Below are positions 25,481 to 32,790 of a stretch of DNA of 32,790 nucleotides, in pieces. Origin of the DNA: an uncultured Clostridia bacterium (lineage in GTDB: Bacteria; Bacillota; Clostridia; Christensenellales; UBA1242). A model generated the notes under the pieces. The model ran no database searches, was not told the DNA's origin, and worked only from the letters and a program-made list of their open reading frames with translations. The first letter of the stretch is position 1, and each line of letters opens with the position of its first letter. Both the position numbers and the translations under genes were made by a program. Where the stretch lies: contig CALVTF010000003.1 of assembly GCA_944360025.1 (NCBI GenBank), forward strand, positions 1-32,790. Reading direction: 5' to 3'.

Positions 25481-25514
25481 AAAAAAAAGCATCAGAAAAT
25501 TTGATGCTTTTTTT
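25481..25514. terminator. Bidirectional intrinsic terminator
   Basis: AAAAAAAAGCATCA-gaaaatt-TGATGCTTTTTTTT between convergent genes. Confidence 0.85.
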
Positions 25515-25532
25515 TCATCTTAAGTTTTAAAT

Positions 25533-26639
25533 TTAAACAATTTCTTCAGCGAGATTTGAAGTATTAAAGAAAACTTCCACATTGTCACCATTAAAATCAA
25601 ATGTCACTTCGCCATCTTCTTCAGCACCACGAACGACTGTAAAATTGTTATACCTATAATCTTGAAAATCTTCAACATAATATTGATATGCAACATCCAC
25701 TGTGAATTTATGGTCAGGATTATAATCAAATGTAAAAGTTAATTTCCCATCTTTCAAATCTGCCCAAGTAAAATCTTCAAATTGTGTTGCTGAATATATA
25801 CTACCATAAACATACTCTTCACTCTCATCACTAAAGAAAATGCGGAAATTTTTATCCTTATATTCAGTATACTCAATATCACTTAAATCGACTGTAACCG
25901 AAACTTCCCAAAGGTCATTTGGCGTTGCTTCGCCATAAGGCACGACATTAACTGTTTTAGAAATTATTCTGTCATGCTCTTTCTCTACAACAACTAAAGT
26001 TGTTTCTCCTACTGATACTTGAGTTAAATCAATACTAAAATAACACTCATATATTACTGAATCGTCTGTAGAATTGACACCTGAAATTGCACTAAGTGGA
26101 ATGACAGATTCATTAGTTGAAATTATCTCAACTTCTGACAAATACCCGTCTGTATTATTAATTTTATGATAAATACCTTGTTCACCAAAATCGACTCTAA
26201 AACTTTGTCTAGCAATAAAACTCGAGTCTCCATCTTTTGCTTTTGTTATTGTTGATGGAGCAACTGCCCATGTCATCCCATATTTTGCTTCCAATATTTC
26301 TGGAGCGTCAGTATAGGTTACTGTGACCAAAACGTCCTCTTGTGGCATTTTAAAAGTATATTCTCCATCCTCACCTTTTACACACTCAATTTCATTTGCA
26401 TAAACTTTATCAATTCGAATAAATGGTTCATTTTCAAGTTTAAACGCTGCTATTTCTCCTGCTGTTTGTTTTATTGTCCTACTTGTAAACGAATAGTAAT
26501 CACCTTCCTCATACGTTATTGAGTAAACTTTATTATCATTTTGCGGTTTTCCCTCACCACAAGCGGTTAATGTAAAACCCACAAACAGCATACAAATAAC
26601 ACCAAAAATACCAACTAGAATCTTTTTAGTTTTACTCAT
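25533..26639 (-). CDS. Putative surface lipoprotein with an N-terminal InlB B-repeat-like beta domain
   Basis: Start at ATG 26639 (GGGAGG RBS), MSKTKK + hydrophobic stretch + lipobox LTAC; YTFKMPQEDVLVTVTY repeat-like motif; acidic beta-rich body. Confidence 0.7.
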   Translation of the reverse strand: MSKTKKILVGIFGVICMLFVGFTLTACGEGKPQNDNKVYSITYEEGDYYSFTSRTIKQTAGEIAAFKLENEPFIRIDKVYANEIECVKGEDGEYTFKMPQEDVLVTVTYTDAPEILEAKYGMTWAVAPSTITKAKDGDSSFIARQSFRVDFGEQGIYHKINNTDGYLSEVEIISTNESVIPLSAISGVNSTDDSVIYECYFSIDLTQVSVGETTLVVVEKEHDRIISKTVNVVPYGEATPNDLWEVSVTVDLSDIEYTEYKDKNFRIFFSDESEEYVYGSIYSATQFEDFTWADLKDGKLTFTFDYNPDHKFTVDVAYQYYVEDFQDYRYNNFTVVRGAEEDGEVTFDFNGDNVEVFFNTSNLAEEIV

Positions 26640-26734
26640 ATCCCCTCCCCATTTGTGATATATCATAACTTCATAAAGAATACAAACTATTTTACTAAAT
26701 TCCTTTTATAAAAATTAAACTAAGTTTTAAAAAA

Positions 26735-27829
26735 TCAAGAAAAGGTTTTCACATTCTCCCATGGGAAATTTTTATTTCCAAAATGTCCGTAACAGGCGGT
26801 TTGTTTGTAAATTGGTTTAAGTAAATCTAGTTCTTTTATAATATTTGAAACGCTAAAATTAAAATTATTAAATACTAAATTCTCTATCTCAGCCATAGGC
26901 ACTTTGTTTGTGTCAAAACAGTCAATGTTTATGGCAATAGGCTCTGCAATACCAATAGCAAAACTAAGTGACACTTCGCACCTGTCCGCCAGATTATTTG
27001 CCACAATATTTTTCGCAACATAACGAGCATAATACGCTCCTGATCTATCCACTTTTGTGGCATTTTTCGAACTAAAGCATCCGCCACCAACTCTTGCCAC
27101 ACCTCCATAGGTATCCACAATGATTTTTCGTCCAACACAACCACTGTCAGAAAAACTTCCCCAAATTGTGAATTTTCCACTTGGATTAATTAAAATTTTG
27201 GTGTCCTTAGAACTATATTTTGAATATTTTTCTAAAACTTTATCAACGACATTCTTTTTTATCATTTTCTTTAACTTTTCATAATCTAAGTTTTCAGAAT
27301 GAGAAACACTTACTAATATTGTATGAAAACTTACAGGTTTATCATTTTCATAGACAACTGAAACCTGACTTTTAGCATCAGCGAAGAAAAGACTAGGATT
27401 TTTTTGCCTAAAATTTTCATATTCACGCATTAAATCGTGAGCGACCGTAATCGTAAGTGGCATAAACTCTGGTGTTTCATTTGTTGCATAACCATAAACT
27501 ATGCCCTGATCGTTTGCTTTTAGTTCTTTTTGCACTACTGCTTGACGTATGTCAGGACTTTGTTCGCTTATTTCTTTTATAATTTTAAAATCATTTTTAT
27601 AACCTATTTTCTTTAAAATTTCTTTAGCAATTTGGTCATAATCAATATTTGCTTTTGTTGTTGCCTCGCCATAAATAAAAAGTTTGCCATTTTTTATGGC
27701 ACATTCAACTGCCATTTGGCTATCTTTGTCTTGAGATAAAGCCTCATCCAAAAAAGCATCCGCAATATAGTCACAGGTTTTATCAGGATGCCCTATATTT
27801 ACACTTTCGCATGTTTCTATCTTTTTCAT
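26735..27829 (-). CDS. metK: Methionine adenosyltransferase (S-adenosylmethionine synthetase), divergent
   Basis: ESVNIGHPDK, QSPDI, DQG, DAKSQV, INPSGKF, GRKIIVDTYGG, TKVDRSGAY, TACYGHFG; downstream of a SAM riboswitch. Confidence 0.95.
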   Translation of the reverse strand: MKKIETCESVNIGHPDKTCDYIADAFLDEALSQDKDSQMAVECAIKNGKLFIYGEATTKANIDYDQIAKEILKKIGYKNDFKIIKEISEQSPDIRQAVVQKELKANDQGIVYGYATNETPEFMPLTITVAHDLMREYENFRQKNPSLFFADAKSQVSVVYENDKPVSFHTILVSVSHSENLDYEKLKKMIKKNVVDKVLEKYSKYSSKDTKILINPSGKFTIWGSFSDSGCVGRKIIVDTYGGVARVGGGCFSSKNATKVDRSGAYYARYVAKNIVANNLADRCEVSLSFAIGIAEPIAINIDCFDTNKVPMAEIENLVFNNFNFSVSNIIKELDLLKPIYKQTACYGHFGNKNFPWENVKTFS

Positions 27830-27926
27830 ATCTACTCCTATTATTTATTATTTCATATCTTAATAAAATTGTCAAAATTATTTCATATATCTCTCCTTTT
27901 AAAAATTAATTTCCAAAAAGAGAGCA

Positions 27927-27953
27927 AAAGAAAAACCATCGTCACCGATGGTT
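27927..27953 (-). terminator. Riboswitch expression-platform terminator
   Basis: Minus strand AACCATCG-gtga-CGATGGTT-TTTCTTTT; its 5' arm CCATCGGT is complementary to ACCGATGG at the aptamer 3' end (antiterminator). Confidence 0.85.
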
Positions 27954-27970
27954 AAAAATTATATTCAAAT

Positions 27971-28051
27971 TCCATCGGTCTGCCTTTAGCACCTTGAAAA
28001 ATCAGGTTGCTGTGTGGTCAAAGGGGCAGTCCCTCGCACACTCTTTATGGA
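27971..28051 (-). ncRNA. SAM-I (S-box) family riboswitch aptamer, compact variant
   Basis: Minus strand TCCATAAAGAG-TGTG-CGAGGGACTGCCCCTTTGAC-CACA-CAGCAACC...AAGGTGCTAAAGGCAGACCGATGGA: conserved AGAG, GAGGGACTG, GCAACC and GGTGC elements; upstream of metK. Confidence 0.9.
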
Positions 28052-28058
28052 TAATATC

Positions 28059-28087
28059 ATTATATATTAAATTCAAAGTTTTTGCAA
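28059..28087 (-). promoter_or_regulatory. Sigma-A promoter of the riboswitch-metK transcript
   Basis: Minus strand TTGCAA (28087-82), 17 bp, TATAAT (28064-59), just upstream of the aptamer. Confidence 0.8.
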
Positions 28088-28124
28088 GTAATTTAAAGAT
28101 TTTTTAGATAAAAGTACGAAAATA

Positions 28125-28319
28125 TTAAAACACATTATTGTCGTTCAAAAGTTTTAAATATTCATCAAAATGATCTTCTCTTATTGGCATAGGCTTTTCA
28201 TCTTGAAAATATATTAAAAGACAAGGTGAAATATTATGATAGGATTTTAAAAATTCAAATCCTGTCGCTTTGCCTTCTTTTATTAATTTCTTAACCTTAG
28301 CATGATAATTAAAATACAT
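28125..28319 (-). CDS. Small hypothetical protein, resembling a conserved clostridial family
   Basis: 64 aa; MYFNYHAK..KLI..G and Y.NISP.L..YF....PMPIRE pattern recalled from small clostridial proteins; function unknown. Confidence 0.6.
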   Translation of the reverse strand: MYFNYHAKVKKLIKEGKATGFEFLKSYHNISPCLLIYFQDEKPMPIREDHFDEYLKLLNDNNVF

Positions 28320-28439
28320 AAAGATATTTTGAGTGACAGTGCCAAATTTTATGTGAAATATATAACATAAATAACTACAAATTAAACTTTCACATTGCTA
28401 AAACTTTTTTCATATATAACAAGGTATAAGGAGAAAAAT

Positions 28440-28715
28440 ATGCGAAATTTTTATTCACTTGAAAGTTCAAGTGTAAACACTTTAGCTCAACAAACAAGGC
28501 TTGACATAATCGGCGAACTTGATGCCATCATTCAGTATGAAAAACATATCGCTTCATCAACGGATACAACTTATAAAAAAACATTAACAGACATTGTCAA
28601 TGAAGAAAAACTTCATGTCGGTCAACTTTTTGGACTTTTGTTTATGCTGGATCCTACAAGCAAAGAGCAATTTGAAAAAGGACTAAACGAATTCACTCAA
28701 GATATGAGAAAATAA
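28440..28715 (+). CDS. Small ferritin-like protein (half four-helix bundle, EncFtn/rubrerythrin-like)
   Basis: ELDAIIQYE..H and DIVNEEKLHVGQL di-iron motifs; start at ATG 28440 after AGGAG. Confidence 0.75.
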   Translation: MRNFYSLESSSVNTLAQQTRLDIIGELDAIIQYEKHIASSTDTTYKKTLTDIVNEEKLHVGQLFGLLFMLDPTSKEQFEKGLNEFTQDMRK

Positions 28716-28740
28716 AAAGAATATTCCTACATTCTTTTTA
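28713..28740. terminator. Bidirectional terminator overlapping two convergent stop codons
   Basis: TAAAAAGAAT...ATTCTTTTTA inverted repeat. Confidence 0.55.
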
Positions 28741-29397
28741 TTTTTTATATTTTTCGCAATTTAAAAGTCCATTTTCTGTAAAGAAGTCATACATTTGATT
28801 AAAATTCTCTTCTGTAAAATAAAGTGTTTGACAATTTAATTTTTTTGCGGGTTCAATATCGTGAGAGAAACTGTCTCCTATCATCAAAAGTTCTTCTGGA
28901 GAAATATTTTCTTTTTTAATAATTTCTTTTAAAATTGGAGTTTTGGATGAATCTTTGAGTAAAAAGTTTGCTGAATATATCCCATTAAAATATTTTGTGT
29001 CGATTTTATATTTTTCGAAGTAGAATTTTAAATAGTTTTGGTCGGACATTGAAACACAATAAAGTCTATAAATCTCACTTAACTTTTTTAAAAATTCATT
29101 TGAAATAACTTCCACTTTGTTTGGATGAAGATAGATGTTATTGGCTATTGAATCAGAAAGTTTTTTAGGCTCATAACCATTTTGTTTAACTAAAAACGCA
29201 ATAGTGTCATTTTTGACTTTTCCGCCAGACAATTCCATGCTTTCATTTAAAATTCTCTCTGCTTCTTCTTTATCCAAAAAACTTTCCAGTCTTTCCAGCA
29301 TATATTCTTTCAAATTTGTCCAAATATCACCAATGTATAGCGTGTTGAAAAAATAAAAAACAATTATTTTTATCTTTTGTTGCATTATCTTATTCAA
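28738..29397 (-). CDS. HAD-superfamily hydrolase-like protein with degenerate motif I
   Basis: Motif IV MIGDSFSHDIEPAKKL and motif III Lys present; motif I reads IIVFYFFNTLY instead of DxDxT. Confidence 0.75.
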   Translation of the reverse strand: MNKIMQQKIKIIVFYFFNTLYIGDIWTNLKEYMLERLESFLDKEEAERILNESMELSGGKVKNDTIAFLVKQNGYEPKKLSDSIANNIYLHPNKVEVISNEFLKKLSEIYRLYCVSMSDQNYLKFYFEKYKIDTKYFNGIYSANFLLKDSSKTPILKEIIKKENISPEELLMIGDSFSHDIEPAKKLNCQTLYFTEENFNQMYDFFTENGLLNCEKYKK

Positions 29398-30058
29398 TTC
29401 CTTTTAAAAATTTAATCGCTTTAATTCTATCTTTTGCCTTATAAACATAGGAACCTGAAACAAGAATATCAACGCCTAAATCTCTCAATTTCTCGGCATT
29501 TTTTTCGTTTACTCCGCCATCAAACTTAATTTTAAAATTTAAGTTGTTGTTCTGTCTAAACTTGTTTATTTCTGCCACTTTATCATAAGTCTCAGGCAAA
29601 GTTTCTTGTCCACTTGAACCCGGATCCACTCCCATAACCAAAATAATATCCACATTATAACTAAACGCACGTATTTCTTTAAATCGTGTGGATGGTTTTA
29701 TGCTTAGCCCAGCCAAAATGGAATTTTTCTTAATATAAGAAATAACTTCCGCTAGCATATCCTTATCATCAAACGCTTCATAGTGGAGAGTTATAATATT
29801 TGCTCCAGCGTCAATGTATTTCGAAACATCATTGGCTGGCTCGTCCACCATTAAATGGCAATCAAGCATGATACCACTTGCACTATTTATTGATTTGACA
29901 ATGTTAAAATCATAGGTATTTTTATTTACAAAATTTTCGTTCATAATATCGCAATGAAGAAAATCAGCATATCCTTGCAATTCTTTGGCATATTCCACAA
30001 TATTTTGATAATCATCAATAGGGTCGGTAGAAACCGCAACGTCAACAACTCTTTTCAT
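29390..30058 (-). CDS. rpe: Ribulose-phosphate 3-epimerase
   Basis: HCDIM, DCHLMV, ITLHYE, VMGVDPG.SGQ, DGGVN, LVSGS; follows rsgA. Confidence 0.9.
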   Translation of the reverse strand: MKRVVDVAVSTDPIDDYQNIVEYAKELQGYADFLHCDIMNENFVNKNTYDFNIVKSINSASGIMLDCHLMVDEPANDVSKYIDAGANIITLHYEAFDDKDMLAEVISYIKKNSILAGLSIKPSTRFKEIRAFSYNVDIILVMGVDPGSSGQETLPETYDKVAEINKFRQNNNLNFKIKFDGGVNEKNAEKLRDLGVDILVSGSYVYKAKDRIKAIKFLKGIE

Positions 30059-30141
30059 ATAATTCCTTTTATATGCAAACTTTACTAAATTTACATATCA
30101 AAATTAAATATATTTGTATTCTATCAAATTGTTTTAAAATT

Positions 30142-30978
30142 TCAAAACTTTTTTGCATTTTTTATATTTTCTTGCAAAATTTTATAGTTTTCATACCTTA
30201 ATTTACTTATTTTACCGTTTTTTACAGCCTCACAAACACCGCAGTCTTTTGGCGATAAATGCAGGCAACTTTTATACTTACAATTATGCGAAGGGGCAAT
30301 AAATTCCGGATAATATTTTCTTAGTTCATATTCATCAACATTAAGTAGTCTCTCATCAAGTTTGGAAAAACCCGCTGTGTCCGCGAGATATTTACCTTTT
30401 TCGATCTCATATAACTCAACAAGACGTGTTGTTTGTTTCCCACGTTCCACTTTCTTACTAAAATCACCAATTTGCGTAATTTCACTTTTAAAAATCGCAT
30501 TAATAATCGAGGATTTTCCAACAGCACTTTGCCCAGCAAGTGTGGTTATTCCTTGAATTTCCTTTTTTATTTCAAAAACAGAATTGTCAAAAGTGGAAAT
30601 TATCAGCATTTTTGTGGCTTTTTCATAATTTTTTACCACTTCTTCCACAAATTCCTCTCCCAAATCACTTTTATTGATACATAAAAGAGGTTCAATATCA
30701 TTGAGAGTGCAAAAAATTAAAAGTTTATCAACAAGAAGAAAATCTGGCTTGGGAGTTTTGGCAATAACGATAATCATCTTATCAAGATTAGCAAGTGGCG
30801 GACGAACAAGTAGATTTTTTCGAGGAAGCACTTTTTCAATAACATTACCGCCTACTTCCACCCTGTCGCCAACAAAGATGCCTTGCTCTTTCAAATTACG
30901 TGCAGTGCATATCTCCTTTTTCCCTTCGATTTCCACAGTAAACTTGTCGGCATTTTTCTTTAAAACAAGACCTTTCAA
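30142..30978 (-). CDS. rsgA: Ribosome small subunit-dependent GTPase A
   Basis: VGDRV, RPPLAN, NKSD, GQSAVGKSS, RGKQTT, DTAGF, C-terminal Zn knuckle CKYKSCLH....C. Confidence 0.93.
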   Translation of the reverse strand: MKGLVLKKNADKFTVEIEGKKEICTARNLKEQGIFVGDRVEVGGNVIEKVLPRKNLLVRPPLANLDKMIIVIAKTPKPDFLLVDKLLIFCTLNDIEPLLCINKSDLGEEFVEEVVKNYEKATKMLIISTFDNSVFEIKKEIQGITTLAGQSAVGKSSIINAIFKSEITQIGDFSKKVERGKQTTRLVELYEIEKGKYLADTAGFSKLDERLLNVDEYELRKYYPEFIAPSHNCKYKSCLHLSPKDCGVCEAVKNGKISKLRYENYKILQENIKNAKKF

Positions 30979-32000
30979 GTTGCACCTCCAAGTTTATTTC
31001 TAAGTTGTCCACAAGCACCTTCAATATCTTCGCCCATTGTGCGTCTGACAGTGGAATTTACTCCTTCTTTTTCTAAAAGAGAGGATAAAAAATATGCTCG
31101 TTTTCTTGAAACACCAATTAAATTTTGTTCTTTTATGGAGTTAAGAGGAATGAAGTTTACAAGACAACTTCGACCTTTCAAAAGTTTTCCTAGTTCCTTG
31201 ATATTTTCTTCACTTGAGTTGACATTTTCAATAAGAGCATATTCAAAAATAACGCGCCTGCCTGTTTTTTCAAAATAGTAATCACAAGCAGTTAAAATAT
31301 CTTTAATTTTATAGGCATTAGCAATAGGCATAATCATTTTTCGTATTTCATCATTTGGTGCATGTAATGAAATTGTGAGCGTAACTTTAAAGCCGTCATC
31401 TGCAAGTTTTTTTATCTTTTCCACAAGTCCACAAGTAGAAAGAGAGATATTTCTTTCGCTAATGTTTAGACCATTTTCGCTTGAAACTAATTTTAAAAAT
31501 TTCGTGACATTTTCATAGTTATCAAGTGGCTCGCCGCAGCCCATTAAAACAACATTTGTCACCTTTCTTTCTTTTTCTGTTCCACCTAAAATTTTGTTGT
31601 ATAAAAGAACTTGAAGAAGAATTTCTCCTGCCGATAAGTTCCTTTTCAAACCACCAATTGTGGATGCACAAAACTTGCATCCCATTCGACAGCCAACTTG
31701 AGTGGACACACAAACAGTGTTGCCATACTTATATGACAAAAGCACACTTTCCACCAAACTTCCGTCCGAAAGTTTGAGAGCCATTTTCTTTGTGCCGTCC
31801 TTACTTTCCAAAAGTTTGACTATCTCCCAATTTGGATAGTCATCTTTAATTTTTTCTTTAATATCTTTAGATAAATTTGAGATTTCGTCAAGCGTTTTTG
31901 CCTTATAGAGAGCATCAAAAATTTGTTTACCGCGAAACTTTGGTAAACCTAAATTTAGTGCATATTCTGTTATCTCTTCTAAAGACAAATCTAACAACAT
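30975..32000 (-). CDS. rlmN: Dual-specificity RNA methyltransferase RlmN (radical SAM)
   Basis: CVSTQVGCRMGCKFC, MGCGEPLDN, SLHAPND, EYALI, DIEGACGQL. Confidence 0.95.
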   Translation of the reverse strand: MLLDLSLEEITEYALNLGLPKFRGKQIFDALYKAKTLDEISNLSKDIKEKIKDDYPNWEIVKLLESKDGTKKMALKLSDGSLVESVLLSYKYGNTVCVSTQVGCRMGCKFCASTIGGLKRNLSAGEILLQVLLYNKILGGTEKERKVTNVVLMGCGEPLDNYENVTKFLKLVSSENGLNISERNISLSTCGLVEKIKKLADDGFKVTLTISLHAPNDEIRKMIMPIANAYKIKDILTACDYYFEKTGRRVIFEYALIENVNSSEENIKELGKLLKGRSCLVNFIPLNSIKEQNLIGVSRKRAYFLSSLLEKEGVNSTVRRTMGEDIEGACGQLRNKLGGAT

Positions 32001-32790
32001 TCATTCACCTTTTTATCTTCTATTTTGTGTCCGTTTAAAAAGTCTTTAACGTCCAAAACTTTACCACCAGAGACTTGACATTTCAAAATTTTGAAGCCTT
32101 TGTCTTTTGCTTTCACAACAAATTCTTTTTTGGATGTGAAGATTTCACCAATTTCTAAATTTTCAAAACCTTCCACCGCTTCCGCTTTATAAACTTTTAT
32201 TCTCTCATCGCCGATATTAAAGAAAGCCACAGGAAATTCGACATAAGCGCGCACTTTGTTCACTAAACTTTCAGCGGTTTCATTAAAATCTAAAAGTCCG
32301 TCCTCTTTTTTTATTAATTTAACAAAAGTGGCTTTGCTGTCATCTTGCTTTTGGAAAATGGCAGTGCCATTTTCTATTTTATCAATCGCATCAAGAAGTA
32401 AGTTTCCGCCAATTTCGGCAAGTCTTGGCATAAGAGAGTTGTAGTCCTCTTCCTTTTCAATTTCCACTTCTTTTTGAAGAATTATATCTCCGTCATCCAT
32501 ACCAACAGCGGTTTGCATTATTGTCACACCTGTCACTTTGTCACCGTTTAAAAGAGCGGACTGTATTGGAGTTCCTCCGCGATATTTCGGTAGCATTGAC
32601 GGATGAACATTTATGCACATTTTAAGGTCTAGCACTTCTTTTGGAAGAATTTTTCCATAAGAAGCGGTCACAAACAAATCACATTTGATTTTTTTGAAAT
32701 CTTCAATATGGTCTTTCAATTTTTCAAATTGATAGACAGGGATGTTCAAAGATTTTGCAATGTTCACAATATTTGGAGATTGCATTTTCT
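31991..32790 (-). CDS. fmt: Methionyl-tRNA formyltransferase (N-terminus outside the window)
   Basis: ASYGKILP, INVHPSMLPKYRGGTPI, GVTIMQ..GMDDGDI, KQDDSKAT. Confidence 0.93.
   Translation of the reverse strand, partial: KMQSPNIVNIAKSLNIPVYQFEKLKDHIEDFKKIKCDLFVTASYGKILPKEVLDLKMCINVHPSMLPKYRGGTPIQSALLNGDKVTGVTIMQTAVGMDDGDIILQKEVEIEKEEDYNSLMPRLAEIGGNLLLDAIDKIENGTAIFQKQDDSKATFVKLIKKEDGLLDFNETAESLVNKVRAYVEFPVAFFNIGDERIKVYKAEAVEGFENLEIGEIFTSKKEFVVKAKDKGFKILKCQVSGGKVLDVKDFLNGHKIEDKKVNECC

Overview
AT-rich chromosomal window, most likely from a spore-forming Clostridia/Bacillota lineage (inferred from the sporulation genes). It carries peptidoglycan genes (murE-mraY-murD-ftsW/spoVE; murC; alpha/beta-hydrolase-murF-ddl), sporulation/germination genes (spoVG, spoIIR-sleB-ypeB, a SPOCS/DUF3794 coat protein, veg), ppdK, engB, glmM, tRNA-Glu(CTC), a SAM-I riboswitch-controlled divergent metK, and a shortened fmt-rlmN-rsgA-rpe-HAD operon. 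No transposase, integrase or cas gene is visible. The most unusual element is a ~175-bp non-coding array directly after the engB stop codon (20592-20766): seven copies of a 7-nt motif (GTGAAGA on the minus strand, one degenerate) at 22-24 nt period, alternating with eight sequence-variable short hairpins (six well paired, two degenerate). Each hairpin has a C-G closing pair, and G.U wobbles form only on the minus strand. Other notable items: a 310-bp-period duplication starting inside the tRNA-Glu 3' end and carrying inverted T-arm copies, a C9 tract in a promoter spacer (candidate phase-variation switch), three stand-alone orphan genes, and Met-Lys-stop mini-ORFs between the riboswitch and metK. 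All calls come from reading motifs by eye; no database search was run.
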